Below, piece by piece: positions 19,563 through 26,362 of a DNA stretch of 64,000 nucleotides. The first letter of the stretch is position 1. Each line of letters opens with the position of its first letter. A program made the position numbers and the translations under genes. The stretch lies in contig MFEY01000007.1 in NCBI GenBank assembly GCA_001780035.1, forward strand, positions 331,146-395,145. Direction: 5' to 3'. The notes under the pieces were generated by a model that searched no databases, was not told the DNA's origin, and saw nothing but the letters and a program-made list of their open reading frames with translations. The DNA is from Candidatus Doudnabacteria bacterium RIFCSPHIGHO2_12_FULL_48_16. Its GTDB lineage: Bacteria; Patescibacteriota; Doudnabacteria; UBA920; O2-02-FULL-48-8.

Positions 19563-19826
19563 ATGAAGAACGCAGGAGCAAAGCGACAGACCGGTGGCGA
19601 GAGCGGAACCGATCGGCCATCGCGTCGCCGCACGCCGACCGAGCGCATGCCGACGCGGGAGCCGGGCACGGGCGGCGACGCGGATGACCAGGGCGGTCAG
19701 TCCGATCGCCCGGCGTGGGACACGCCGACCGACCGCTTGCCCACGAGCGACCCGCCGCCGGCCGATGAAGCGGATACGGCCGACGCGGCGCCCGATCGCG
19801 GACAGGCCACCACGGCGATCGCGTAG
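19563..19826 (+). CDS. hypothetical low-complexity Pro/Thr/Asp/Arg-rich protein (87 aa) in a very GC-rich patch
   Basis: SD GGGGG 4 nt before ATG 19563; internal repeat TPTERMPT / TPTDRLPT; strong terminator follows; every frame is open here, so coding status is uncertain. Confidence 0.35.
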   Translation: MKNAGAKRQTGGESGTDRPSRRRTPTERMPTREPGTGGDADDQGGQSDRPAWDTPTDRLPTSDPPPADEADTADAAPDRGQATTAIA

Positions 19827-19849
19827 AACGCGACGCGGACAACCAGATG

Positions 19850-19890
19850 GACCGGGTGTGCAGTGACAGTGCACATCCCGGTCTTTTTTT
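19850..19890 (+). terminator. strong intrinsic terminator
   Basis: GACCGGGTGTGCA-GTGACAG-TGCACATCCCGGTC followed by T7. Confidence 0.8.
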
Positions 19891-19891
19891 A

Positions 19892-19941
19892 TTCCGACCT
19901 CGACAAAGTCGAGCGTCGGAACTCCGACCGAAGCGTCGGAG
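19892..19941. repeat. two-hairpin TTCCGAC/GTCGGAA module (copy 1)
   Basis: TTCCGAC-CTCGAC-AAA-GTCGAG-C-GTCGGAA then CTCCGAC-CGAAGC-GTCGGAG; shares TTCCGACC, GCGTCGGAAC and (opposite strand) CCGACGCTTCGG with 32170-32304. Confidence 0.75.
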
Positions 19942-19946
19942 TTTTC

Positions 19947-20411
19947 TTATCGTCCGATTCCAGACCAGGCGATCGCGCACGCATCTGCGGCATCATCGGG
20001 TTTGGGAATTTTTTTCAGTTTCAAAAGTTTGACGATCATGGTCTGCACTTGTTTTTTGTCCGCCTTGCCATAGCCGGTCGTGGACATTTTGACTTGCAAC
20101 GGCGTGACTTCAATCATTTTGAGTCCGGCTTCAGCCAAAGTTACCATGACCATGCCCCGCGCCTGCCCGACGGTCATCGCGGTTTTGACATTGGTTTCGA
20201 AAAACAACGATTCGATGCAGGCGCTGTCCGGTTTTAATTTTTTGATTAAGGTGGTTAAATCTTTTTTGATTTCCAAAAGCCGGGCCGGCTCGGCCGTCCC
20301 CGCCTTGGTCGTGATACAGCCGCATTCCAGCAAAGAAGTTTCCTTGCCAGTATGTTTGAGGAATGCATAGCCGGTGCGCGCTATCCCTGGATCAATTCCT
20401 AGTATGATCAT
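19947..20411 (-). CDS. ruvC: crossover junction endodeoxyribonuclease RuvC
   Basis: 154 aa; MIILGIDPGIARTGYA start typical of RuvC. Confidence 0.92.
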   Translation of the reverse strand: MIILGIDPGIARTGYAFLKHTGKETSLLECGCITTKAGTAEPARLLEIKKDLTTLIKKLKPDSACIESLFFETNVKTAMTVGQARGMVMVTLAEAGLKMIEVTPLQVKMSTTGYGKADKKQVQTMIVKLLKLKKIPKPDDAADACAIAWSGIGR

Positions 20412-21124
20412 AAATTTACGTTACTATGAACCGCCACGACATCATCGTCTTCATTCAGCGCATCGAGTAGAGTTTGAATTTTGATAGCATCATCCAGAGC
20501 GACTTCCACTGATTGCTGCGGGCGCATAATAAGCTCGCTCGAAAGCGTTTTTATCCCCTTGGCCTCGATAAACTTTTTGGTTTTTTCCAGGTCCATCGGC
20601 AGAGTGTAAATTTCCAATCCTTCTGGCGTTTCTTTCACGTCTTCGACTCCTTGGTCAATCAATTCCAGAGGTAAATCCTCGGCGCCCTTCTGCTTCTCCA
20701 CCAGGATCTGGCCTTTGGACTCAAACATCCAAGCGACGCTGCCCTGCTCCCCCAGGCGGCCGTTATTTTTCGTAAAGATGTTGCGAACGCTTTGGAGTGT
20801 GCGATTGGTGTTATCAGTCACGGTTTCTACAATCAGGGCCGAGCCGGCGGGTCCATATCCTTCATAGGTAGCTTGCTGGATGCTTTCTTTGCCTTCGCCT
20901 TTGCCGCGCGCAATCGCGCGTTCCACATTTTCCTTGGGCATGCCGACTTCCTTGGCTTTATCCATGGCCATACGCAACTGAAAATTAAACGTCGGGTCAG
21001 CCCCGCCTCCGGTGCGCACCGCCACCGTGATGTTTTTGGCAATTTTAGTAAAAGCCTTGCCCTTGCGAGCATCCGTGATTGTCTTGGCCCGTTTGATTGT
21101 ATTCCATTTACTGTGTCCACTCAT
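20408..21124 (-). CDS. yebC: YebC/PmpR family DNA-binding regulator
   Basis: 238 aa; MSGHSKWNTIKRAK start is diagnostic of the family. Confidence 0.92.
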   Translation of the reverse strand: MSGHSKWNTIKRAKTITDARKGKAFTKIAKNITVAVRTGGGADPTFNFQLRMAMDKAKEVGMPKENVERAIARGKGEGKESIQQATYEGYGPAGSALIVETVTDNTNRTLQSVRNIFTKNNGRLGEQGSVAWMFESKGQILVEKQKGAEDLPLELIDQGVEDVKETPEGLEIYTLPMDLEKTKKFIEAKGIKTLSSELIMRPQQSVEVALDDAIKIQTLLDALNEDDDVVAVHSNVNL

Positions 21125-21129
21125 AAAAA

Positions 21130-21876
21130 TTATTTTATAATCTTATCATACGGCTCCGCTTGTTTCCAAGCAAACTCAAATAATGTCCGAAGCGACTGAT
21201 GAATGGTTTTGCTTTGAATTAATACAGCAAAAATATGCGGTTGATAGGAAAAAAACACCACGTTGCCATCGAATAAGCAATTATCTGTGAGAAATTCTTC
21301 TCCGGGTTTGGTAAATCGTTGTTGGTAATATTCAGTATGAGTTACATTTTCCGCGAATTTGAGGTCCGCGGGATTTTGAGTCAAAATCTCCAAGACTTTA
21401 GTTTTTTTGGCCAGTGTGTTGGCAACTAACTTTTTTTCATAATCCGGATAGATGGTGACAAAATCTCGGATAGTGCCGAAAAAAATAACCTCTTTGGCAT
21501 TTAAAATTTTATCATATAAATCTTTTATCGCTTCTTTGCCTTCAAACAATAAAACCTGTGGTTTATTTTTTGGTTCATTATAGACGGCCAGTAGGTTAGG
21601 CATGAACCTTTTGACTAGCTCTTGTTTGCGATTCAGATCCGAGAGGATTTTGTCCGGCGACTCTGGCATGTATAAAATCTTCTTCGCTCGCGGTACTAGA
21701 GCGGCCAATCCCTTCTTCTGTAGCTCGTCGAGGATCAGATAAGTCGTGGGGCGCTTAGTCCCCGCTTTCTTGGCGATCCCTTCAACTGAAGAGGTACCCA
21801 ATTCCAATAAAGCCATATAGACCATGGCTTCTTTTTGGTTTAATCCGATTTTCTCCAGTATTTCTGCGATTTCCAT
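21130..21876 (-). CDS. TrmB-like winged-helix transcriptional regulator (paralog 3)
   Basis: QKEAMVYMALLELGTSSVEGIAKKAGTKRPTTYLILDELQKKGL wHTH; C-terminal LFEFAWKQ; divergent from ABC operon. Confidence 0.72.
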   Translation of the reverse strand: MEIAEILEKIGLNQKEAMVYMALLELGTSSVEGIAKKAGTKRPTTYLILDELQKKGLAALVPRAKKILYMPESPDKILSDLNRKQELVKRFMPNLLAVYNEPKNKPQVLLFEGKEAIKDLYDKILNAKEVIFFGTIRDFVTIYPDYEKKLVANTLAKKTKVLEILTQNPADLKFAENVTHTEYYQQRFTKPGEEFLTDNCLFDGNVVFFSYQPHIFAVLIQSKTIHQSLRTLFEFAWKQAEPYDKIIK

Positions 21877-21899
21877 TTGGTTCTCTTCAGATTAGATCT

Positions 21900-21936
21900 C
21901 CCCTCTCCTGACTAGGAGAGGGGCCGGGGGTGAGGT
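21900..21936 (-). repeat. REP-like element (CCCCTCTCC hairpin + GGTGAGGT tail), copy A
   Basis: its reverse complement matches 56380-56416 at 33 of 37 positions by hand alignment. Confidence 0.7.
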
Positions 21937-21970
21937 TAGCCCAGTCAACTTATCAGCATTTTGCTCTTTT

Positions 21971-22059
21971 GTCAATAATTCTGACAACATAACAACTAAA
22001 GATAAAAAAAGCTTTATATAAGCTATTATTTGACTATTATATAAGTCAGAATTATTGAC
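21971..22059. promoter_or_regulatory. candidate operator: perfect 15-bp inverted repeat pair
   Basis: GTCAATAATTCTGAC (21971-85) and GTCAGAATTATTGAC (22045-59), 59 nt apart, in the divergent TrmB-like/ABC intergenic region. Confidence 0.5.
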
Positions 22060-22113
22060 CTAAGGATTAATAAATGGTATTATTACCCGTTAAAACAGTA
22101 TTAATCATTATTT

Positions 22114-23097
22114 ATGAAAAAACTATATGCGGGGTTTGGGGTTGTGGTATTGCTTGTTGTTTTAATCATGGGATTGAAAGGTTTAAACCATTCTCAGGAC
22201 AGTAAGTCAGCCACTCTAAAGATCGGACTTAATCCGTGGATCGGCAATGGGCTGTATTTTATCGCTCAGGAAAAAGGATTCTTCGAGGCAAATAATATCA
22301 ACGTTAAGCTCGAGAGCTTTGACGATGGCGCAATCGGCAAGCAATTGTTAAATAGTGGGAAAGTGGATGTGCTTCCTATTACGCCTGAAACCGTAGTGAT
22401 AATTAAAGATTCGGGTCTGGGCATTAAAATTATTGGAATGACGGTTGCCAGTAAAGGCGCTGATGGCATAATTGCGACTAGAGATGTTCAGAATCTTACC
22501 GATCTTCGCGGTAAAAAAGTTGCATTCGAAGTTGGCTCCCCTTCTCATTTCCTGCTGTCTTATTTTTTAGATCAGCAGAATTTAGATACCAGTATTTTGG
22601 ATGTGGTTAATACCACAGCCCCTGATGCCGGAGCTGCTTTCGTGGCGGGTCAGGTGGACGCCGCTGTAACTTGGGAGCCGTGGCTGTCCAAAGCAAGCGA
22701 ACGACCAGGTGGGCATGTCTTGCTGAGTTCTAAAACCATGGAATTATTTCCTGACATGATGATTATCAGGAACGATGTACTCGAAAGCAACCCAGAAGCA
22801 GCCGCGGCTCTATTGCGCTCTTTGTTTGCTGCGATTGATTGGATAAATGCCAACAATGACGAAGCGGCTGAAATTATCGGGAAAAATTTTCAAATCTCCC
22901 CGGAAGAAGTTAAGGCACAGCTTGCGACCATCCAGTGGTTAACTTATGACGATAACATTGTCAGCTTCAAATCTGGCCAGCCTCAGGACTTGCTGCAAAA
23001 AGCCGGGGATCTCTGGCTTAGACTGGATTTGATCCGGAATCCTATTAGTGGCACTAATTTGGTTGATGACTCTATATTAATTAATCTCTATAAATGA
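22114..23097 (+). CDS. ABC transporter substrate-binding protein (NitT/TauT, NMT1-like)
   Basis: 327 aa with signal/anchor; resembles sulfonate/nitrate/taurine-type binding proteins; operon with permease and ATPase. Confidence 0.75.
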   Translation: MKKLYAGFGVVVLLVVLIMGLKGLNHSQDSKSATLKIGLNPWIGNGLYFIAQEKGFFEANNINVKLESFDDGAIGKQLLNSGKVDVLPITPETVVIIKDSGLGIKIIGMTVASKGADGIIATRDVQNLTDLRGKKVAFEVGSPSHFLLSYFLDQQNLDTSILDVVNTTAPDAGAAFVAGQVDAAVTWEPWLSKASERPGGHVLLSSKTMELFPDMMIIRNDVLESNPEAAAALLRSLFAAIDWINANNDEAAEIIGKNFQISPEEVKAQLATIQWLTYDDNIVSFKSGQPQDLLQKAGDLWLRLDLIRNPISGTNLVDDSILINLYK

Positions 23098-23876
23098 AAT
23101 TAGAAAGGAAAATCAGCAGGAATAAATATATACTCTTCGGATCCGCAGGATTGCTGGTTTTCCTTTCTGTTTGGTCGTTACTGACGTATACAGGATTAGT
23201 GCCAGCGTTCTTTCTACCGCCACCGAGCAAGGTATTATCGGCTATTGCAGATTTGCTAATCAAAGGGAATTTGTTGGGCGATATCTTCGCCAGCTCTTCC
23301 AGGATTTTTTTTGGTTTCCTTTTGTCTCTAGTGGTAGCTTTGCCTATTGGAATTGCCCTCGGTATATCACGGAAGTTTGAGGCGTTCATAGAACCCATTA
23401 TCGCCTTTATTCGATATATTCCGCCCTCTGCATTTATACCATTAGCAATCATTTGGTTTGGGATTGGGGAGCTTGAAAAAGTCACGATATTGTTTATGGG
23501 GATAGCGCCTTACTTGACATTATTGATCGCTGACGTTGTCATAAACAGCCGTAGGGATTTGGTTGAGGCTGCCTTAACTCTCGGAGCTGATCATCAAAGC
23601 GTGATCCTTAAAGTCATACTGCCAAACTGTTTTCCTGGGATTTGGGACTCGTTACGGATCATGATGGGGGCAGCTTGGACTTTTGTGATTATCGCAGAAA
23701 TTGTCGGAGCAAGTGCCGGCTTGGGACATTTGATGATTGAATCGCAGAGATTTTTAAGAACTGACAATATTTTTGGCGGGATTGTTGTGATTGGGTTTTT
23801 GGGACTGACTACGGATTATTTTTTTAAAGTAACTTACAAGTCGTTATTTAAGTGGACCGAGAAATCCAATGCTTGA
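23094..23876 (+). CDS. ABC transporter permease (NitT/TauT family)
   Basis: 260 aa, about 6 TM, BPD_transp_1-like; 4-nt overlaps with both neighbours. Confidence 0.8.
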   Translation: MKLERKISRNKYILFGSAGLLVFLSVWSLLTYTGLVPAFFLPPPSKVLSAIADLLIKGNLLGDIFASSSRIFFGFLLSLVVALPIGIALGISRKFEAFIEPIIAFIRYIPPSAFIPLAIIWFGIGELEKVTILFMGIAPYLTLLIADVVINSRRDLVEAALTLGADHQSVILKVILPNCFPGIWDSLRIMMGAAWTFVIIAEIVGASAGLGHLMIESQRFLRTDNIFGGIVVIGFLGLTTDYFFKVTYKSLFKWTEKSNA

Positions 23877-24615
23877 AATATCAAATATTTCTAAATTATA
23901 TAAACATAACGACCAGTGGTCGGAAGTTATCAAAGATGTCACCTTGCCGATTGCAGACCGGGAGTTCATTGCGATTGTAGGACCGAGCGGTTGCGGTAAA
24001 ACAACACTACTCAAGATTCTTGCGGGGTTGCTGGAACCTTCAAGCGGCAAAATTTTACTGGACGGCAAAGAGATCACCGCACCGGGAAAGGACTTGGGGT
24101 TGGTGTTCCAGGGCTTCACGCTTTTCCCCTGGTTGAACGTCTGGGAAAACATTGCCTTCGGATTAAATATAAGAAACTTGAAGCAAGAAGAAGTGGTAAA
24201 GACCGTGAATCATTATTTAACCGTAACTGGCCTAAAAGACTTTGCTGAATATTTTCCCAAGGATTTGTCCGGAGGCATGCAGCAAAGGGTTGCCATTGCG
24301 CGTACTTTGGCCAATAATCCCAAGATATTGTTGATGGATGAGCCGTTTGGCGCTCTCGACTCCCAGACCCGTTCGCAGATGCAGGAGTTCTTGACCCGTC
24401 TATGGGAAGCAGAACATAAAACAGTTGTTTTTGTTACTCACGATGTAAATGAAGCGGTTTTTTTGGCTGATAAGGTCTATGTTTTTAGCCCCCAACCCAC
24501 TGAGATAAAAAAAGTTTTTAACGTGCCTTTCCCCCGCCCACGTACTCACGCGCTTAAACGTACTAAGGAATTTTTTGACTTCAGTAATCAAGTCGCACAC
24601 GAGTTCGAGCAATAG
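23869..24615 (+). CDS. ABC transporter ATP-binding protein (NitT/TauT family)
   Basis: Walker A GPSGCGKTT, signature LSGGMQQR, Walker B LLMDEPF. Confidence 0.9.
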   Translation: MLEISNISKLYKHNDQWSEVIKDVTLPIADREFIAIVGPSGCGKTTLLKILAGLLEPSSGKILLDGKEITAPGKDLGLVFQGFTLFPWLNVWENIAFGLNIRNLKQEEVVKTVNHYLTVTGLKDFAEYFPKDLSGGMQQRVAIARTLANNPKILLMDEPFGALDSQTRSQMQEFLTRLWEAEHKTVVFVTHDVNEAVFLADKVYVFSPQPTEIKKVFNVPFPRPRTHALKRTKEFFDFSNQVAHEFEQ

Positions 24616-24688
24616 AAATTAATTTGTTGAACAGAGTTAAATTAAGGTATAAATAATACAAGTATTAATACACCGAAAGGAAGATTAT

Positions 24689-25420
24689 ATGGGCAGAGGA
24701 GATACTACTAACAGGCCATCCGATCCAAGCAATCCAGAGGCGCAATCAAGTTCGCTGGAAATCTTACAAAGGAGAATGGCACAATTACAAGAACAGACAG
24801 CTTCTGCGCAGAGAGAGAAAGAGGCAGCCGTAGGCAGAAAACAGGCAGATTTGGCTAGGACTCTAACTGCACACCAAGGTGCCCAATTGGAAAAGCAAAG
24901 AGTGGCTGCTGGGATAGAACAGACTAAAGCAGAATTAATACAGTTTGAGGCGGTAAAGCAACAAGCCAAAGCCGCAGGGATTGCAGTAGAGGACGACGAA
25001 GGATTTACGGCTGCTTTTCAGGCAGAAAAGAATAGGTTGGCAGAATTAGAACAAAGTCAAAGGGAATTAACAATAAGGATCAATGTTCTGGCAAGTGATC
25101 CTGAAGCTGTGGCAGGAATAAAGACTGAAATCGAGGCAAATAACAAGAAAGAATTGGAAGAAACAGAAACAGATATGCGCATGGCTTTACTTGAATTCGC
25201 ACTTAATTTACGGAATAGATTTATTGATTCTGATCATAGACCAGGCGACGTAGCAGAAGAAATGAGGCAAGCACTCGAATCCTCTGAAACACTCGACTCC
25301 CTTACTGCTCAGGGTGAAGTTTTTAGGCAGCATGAATATAATATCGGGCAAGATCGAGTTGCAATAAGATATCTTGAACTTAAGGCAAAAGCACAAAGTC
25401 TTAGGGAATCAGGGAAGTAA
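24689..25420 (+). CDS. hypothetical coiled-coil protein
   Basis: 243 aa, Gln/Glu/Ala-rich heptad-like sequence, no signal peptide; promoter/5' region paralogous to the next gene. Confidence 0.55.
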   Translation: MGRGDTTNRPSDPSNPEAQSSSLEILQRRMAQLQEQTASAQREKEAAVGRKQADLARTLTAHQGAQLEKQRVAAGIEQTKAELIQFEAVKQQAKAAGIAVEDDEGFTAAFQAEKNRLAELEQSQRELTIRINVLASDPEAVAGIKTEIEANNKKELEETETDMRMALLEFALNLRNRFIDSDHRPGDVAEEMRQALESSETLDSLTAQGEVFRQHEYNIGQDRVAIRYLELKAKAQSLRESGK

Positions 25421-25440
25421 AAGAATTTACCGGTTAAAGA

Positions 25441-25467
25441 AAACTGCCTCGAATTGAGGCGGTTTTG
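25441..25467 (+). terminator. intrinsic terminator
   Basis: CTGCCTC-GAATT-GAGGCGG followed by TTTT. Confidence 0.65.
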
Positions 25468-25658
25468 AAATTTATTTATACAAATTGCTGTGCGTGTGGG
25501 TTAAAATTAACTCCCCCGCAACCCCTCCCTGTCGGGTTAGAATAGACAGGAGTTTTTTCCAGCAGATTTAATAAGTTAGTCTGTTGAAAAGAATTAAATT
25601 AGGTATATAATAAGGTTAGAAAAAGTAACTAGCTTTGTTGTAAAAAGAAAGGAAAAAT

Positions 25659-26312
25659 ATGGGGACAGAAACTGAAGATGATGAGCAGGCAAAAGCAAAT
25701 TTTAAATTTCCTGAAAATCGTGTAGAAGATCCTAGCCCAGTAGCCGTTGAATCCAGAGACAGTCAAGCCGAAAAAGCAGAAGCAAAAATAGAGCAGAGTC
25801 TGACCGAGTGCCTGAATTTGGCACAAAACGATACTGACAGAGAAGATGTAAAGTATCTTTTCAGACAATTTTTAACAGGGTCTAGTTCGGTAGATAAGAC
25901 AGAAAGGTTACGAGGACTAACCCCTGACAACATACAGATTCTGGAAGCGAGAATAAACCGGGTTAGTGAATACGCAAAACTTCACATGGCGGTTTCGCAT
26001 ACAGGTGAAGCTTGGCAAGAAGCGAAAGGTAAATTTACTGAAGATTCAAAAGAATATCAAGCCGCACAAAAAGCTTATAAAGATACCCTTGAATCATACA
26101 ATGTTGCCAGAGCAATGGTCGCCGCTTCCGATGTTGAAGTTATTAAATACAATGATCCGAATCTTGAAGACGACGAAAACTTGCGAAGAACAGCATTTGA
26201 ACTTGATACCGCCACAAAGTATACGGATTCAGTGGATAGCCTGCCTTATTCCCAGCAGGAAATTAGGGCTATCCGGGCCAGAAGTGAAGCCAAGAATAAA
26301 TTAAGTTCTTAA
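25659..26312 (+). CDS. hypothetical acidic helical protein
   Basis: 217 aa, acidic; starts MG like its upstream neighbour; no family recognised. Confidence 0.55.
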   Translation: MGTETEDDEQAKANFKFPENRVEDPSPVAVESRDSQAEKAEAKIEQSLTECLNLAQNDTDREDVKYLFRQFLTGSSSVDKTERLRGLTPDNIQILEARINRVSEYAKLHMAVSHTGEAWQEAKGKFTEDSKEYQAAQKAYKDTLESYNVARAMVAASDVEVIKYNDPNLEDDENLRRTAFELDTATKYTDSVDSLPYSQQEIRAIRARSEAKNKLSS

Positions 26313-26330
26313 ATCTAAATCGAGATAACT

Positions 26331-26358
26331 AAAACCCGCCAGGCTTGGGCGGGTTTTT
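26331..26358. terminator. bidirectional intrinsic terminator
   Basis: AAAACCCGCC-AGGCTTG-GGCGGGTTTTTT between convergent genes. Confidence 0.8.
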
Positions 26359-26362
26359 TATT

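Noticed and set aside
19405-19980. 191-aa Arg/Pro-rich minus-strand ORF, plus several other overlapping ORFs, across the GC-rich patch
   Set aside because: At about 75-80% GC, stop codons are rare in every frame. The product is low-complexity and runs through terminator hairpins and into ruvC-adjacent sequence. It has no SD. The only frame with promoter, SD and terminator support is the plus-strand 19563-19826 ORF, and even that is uncertain.
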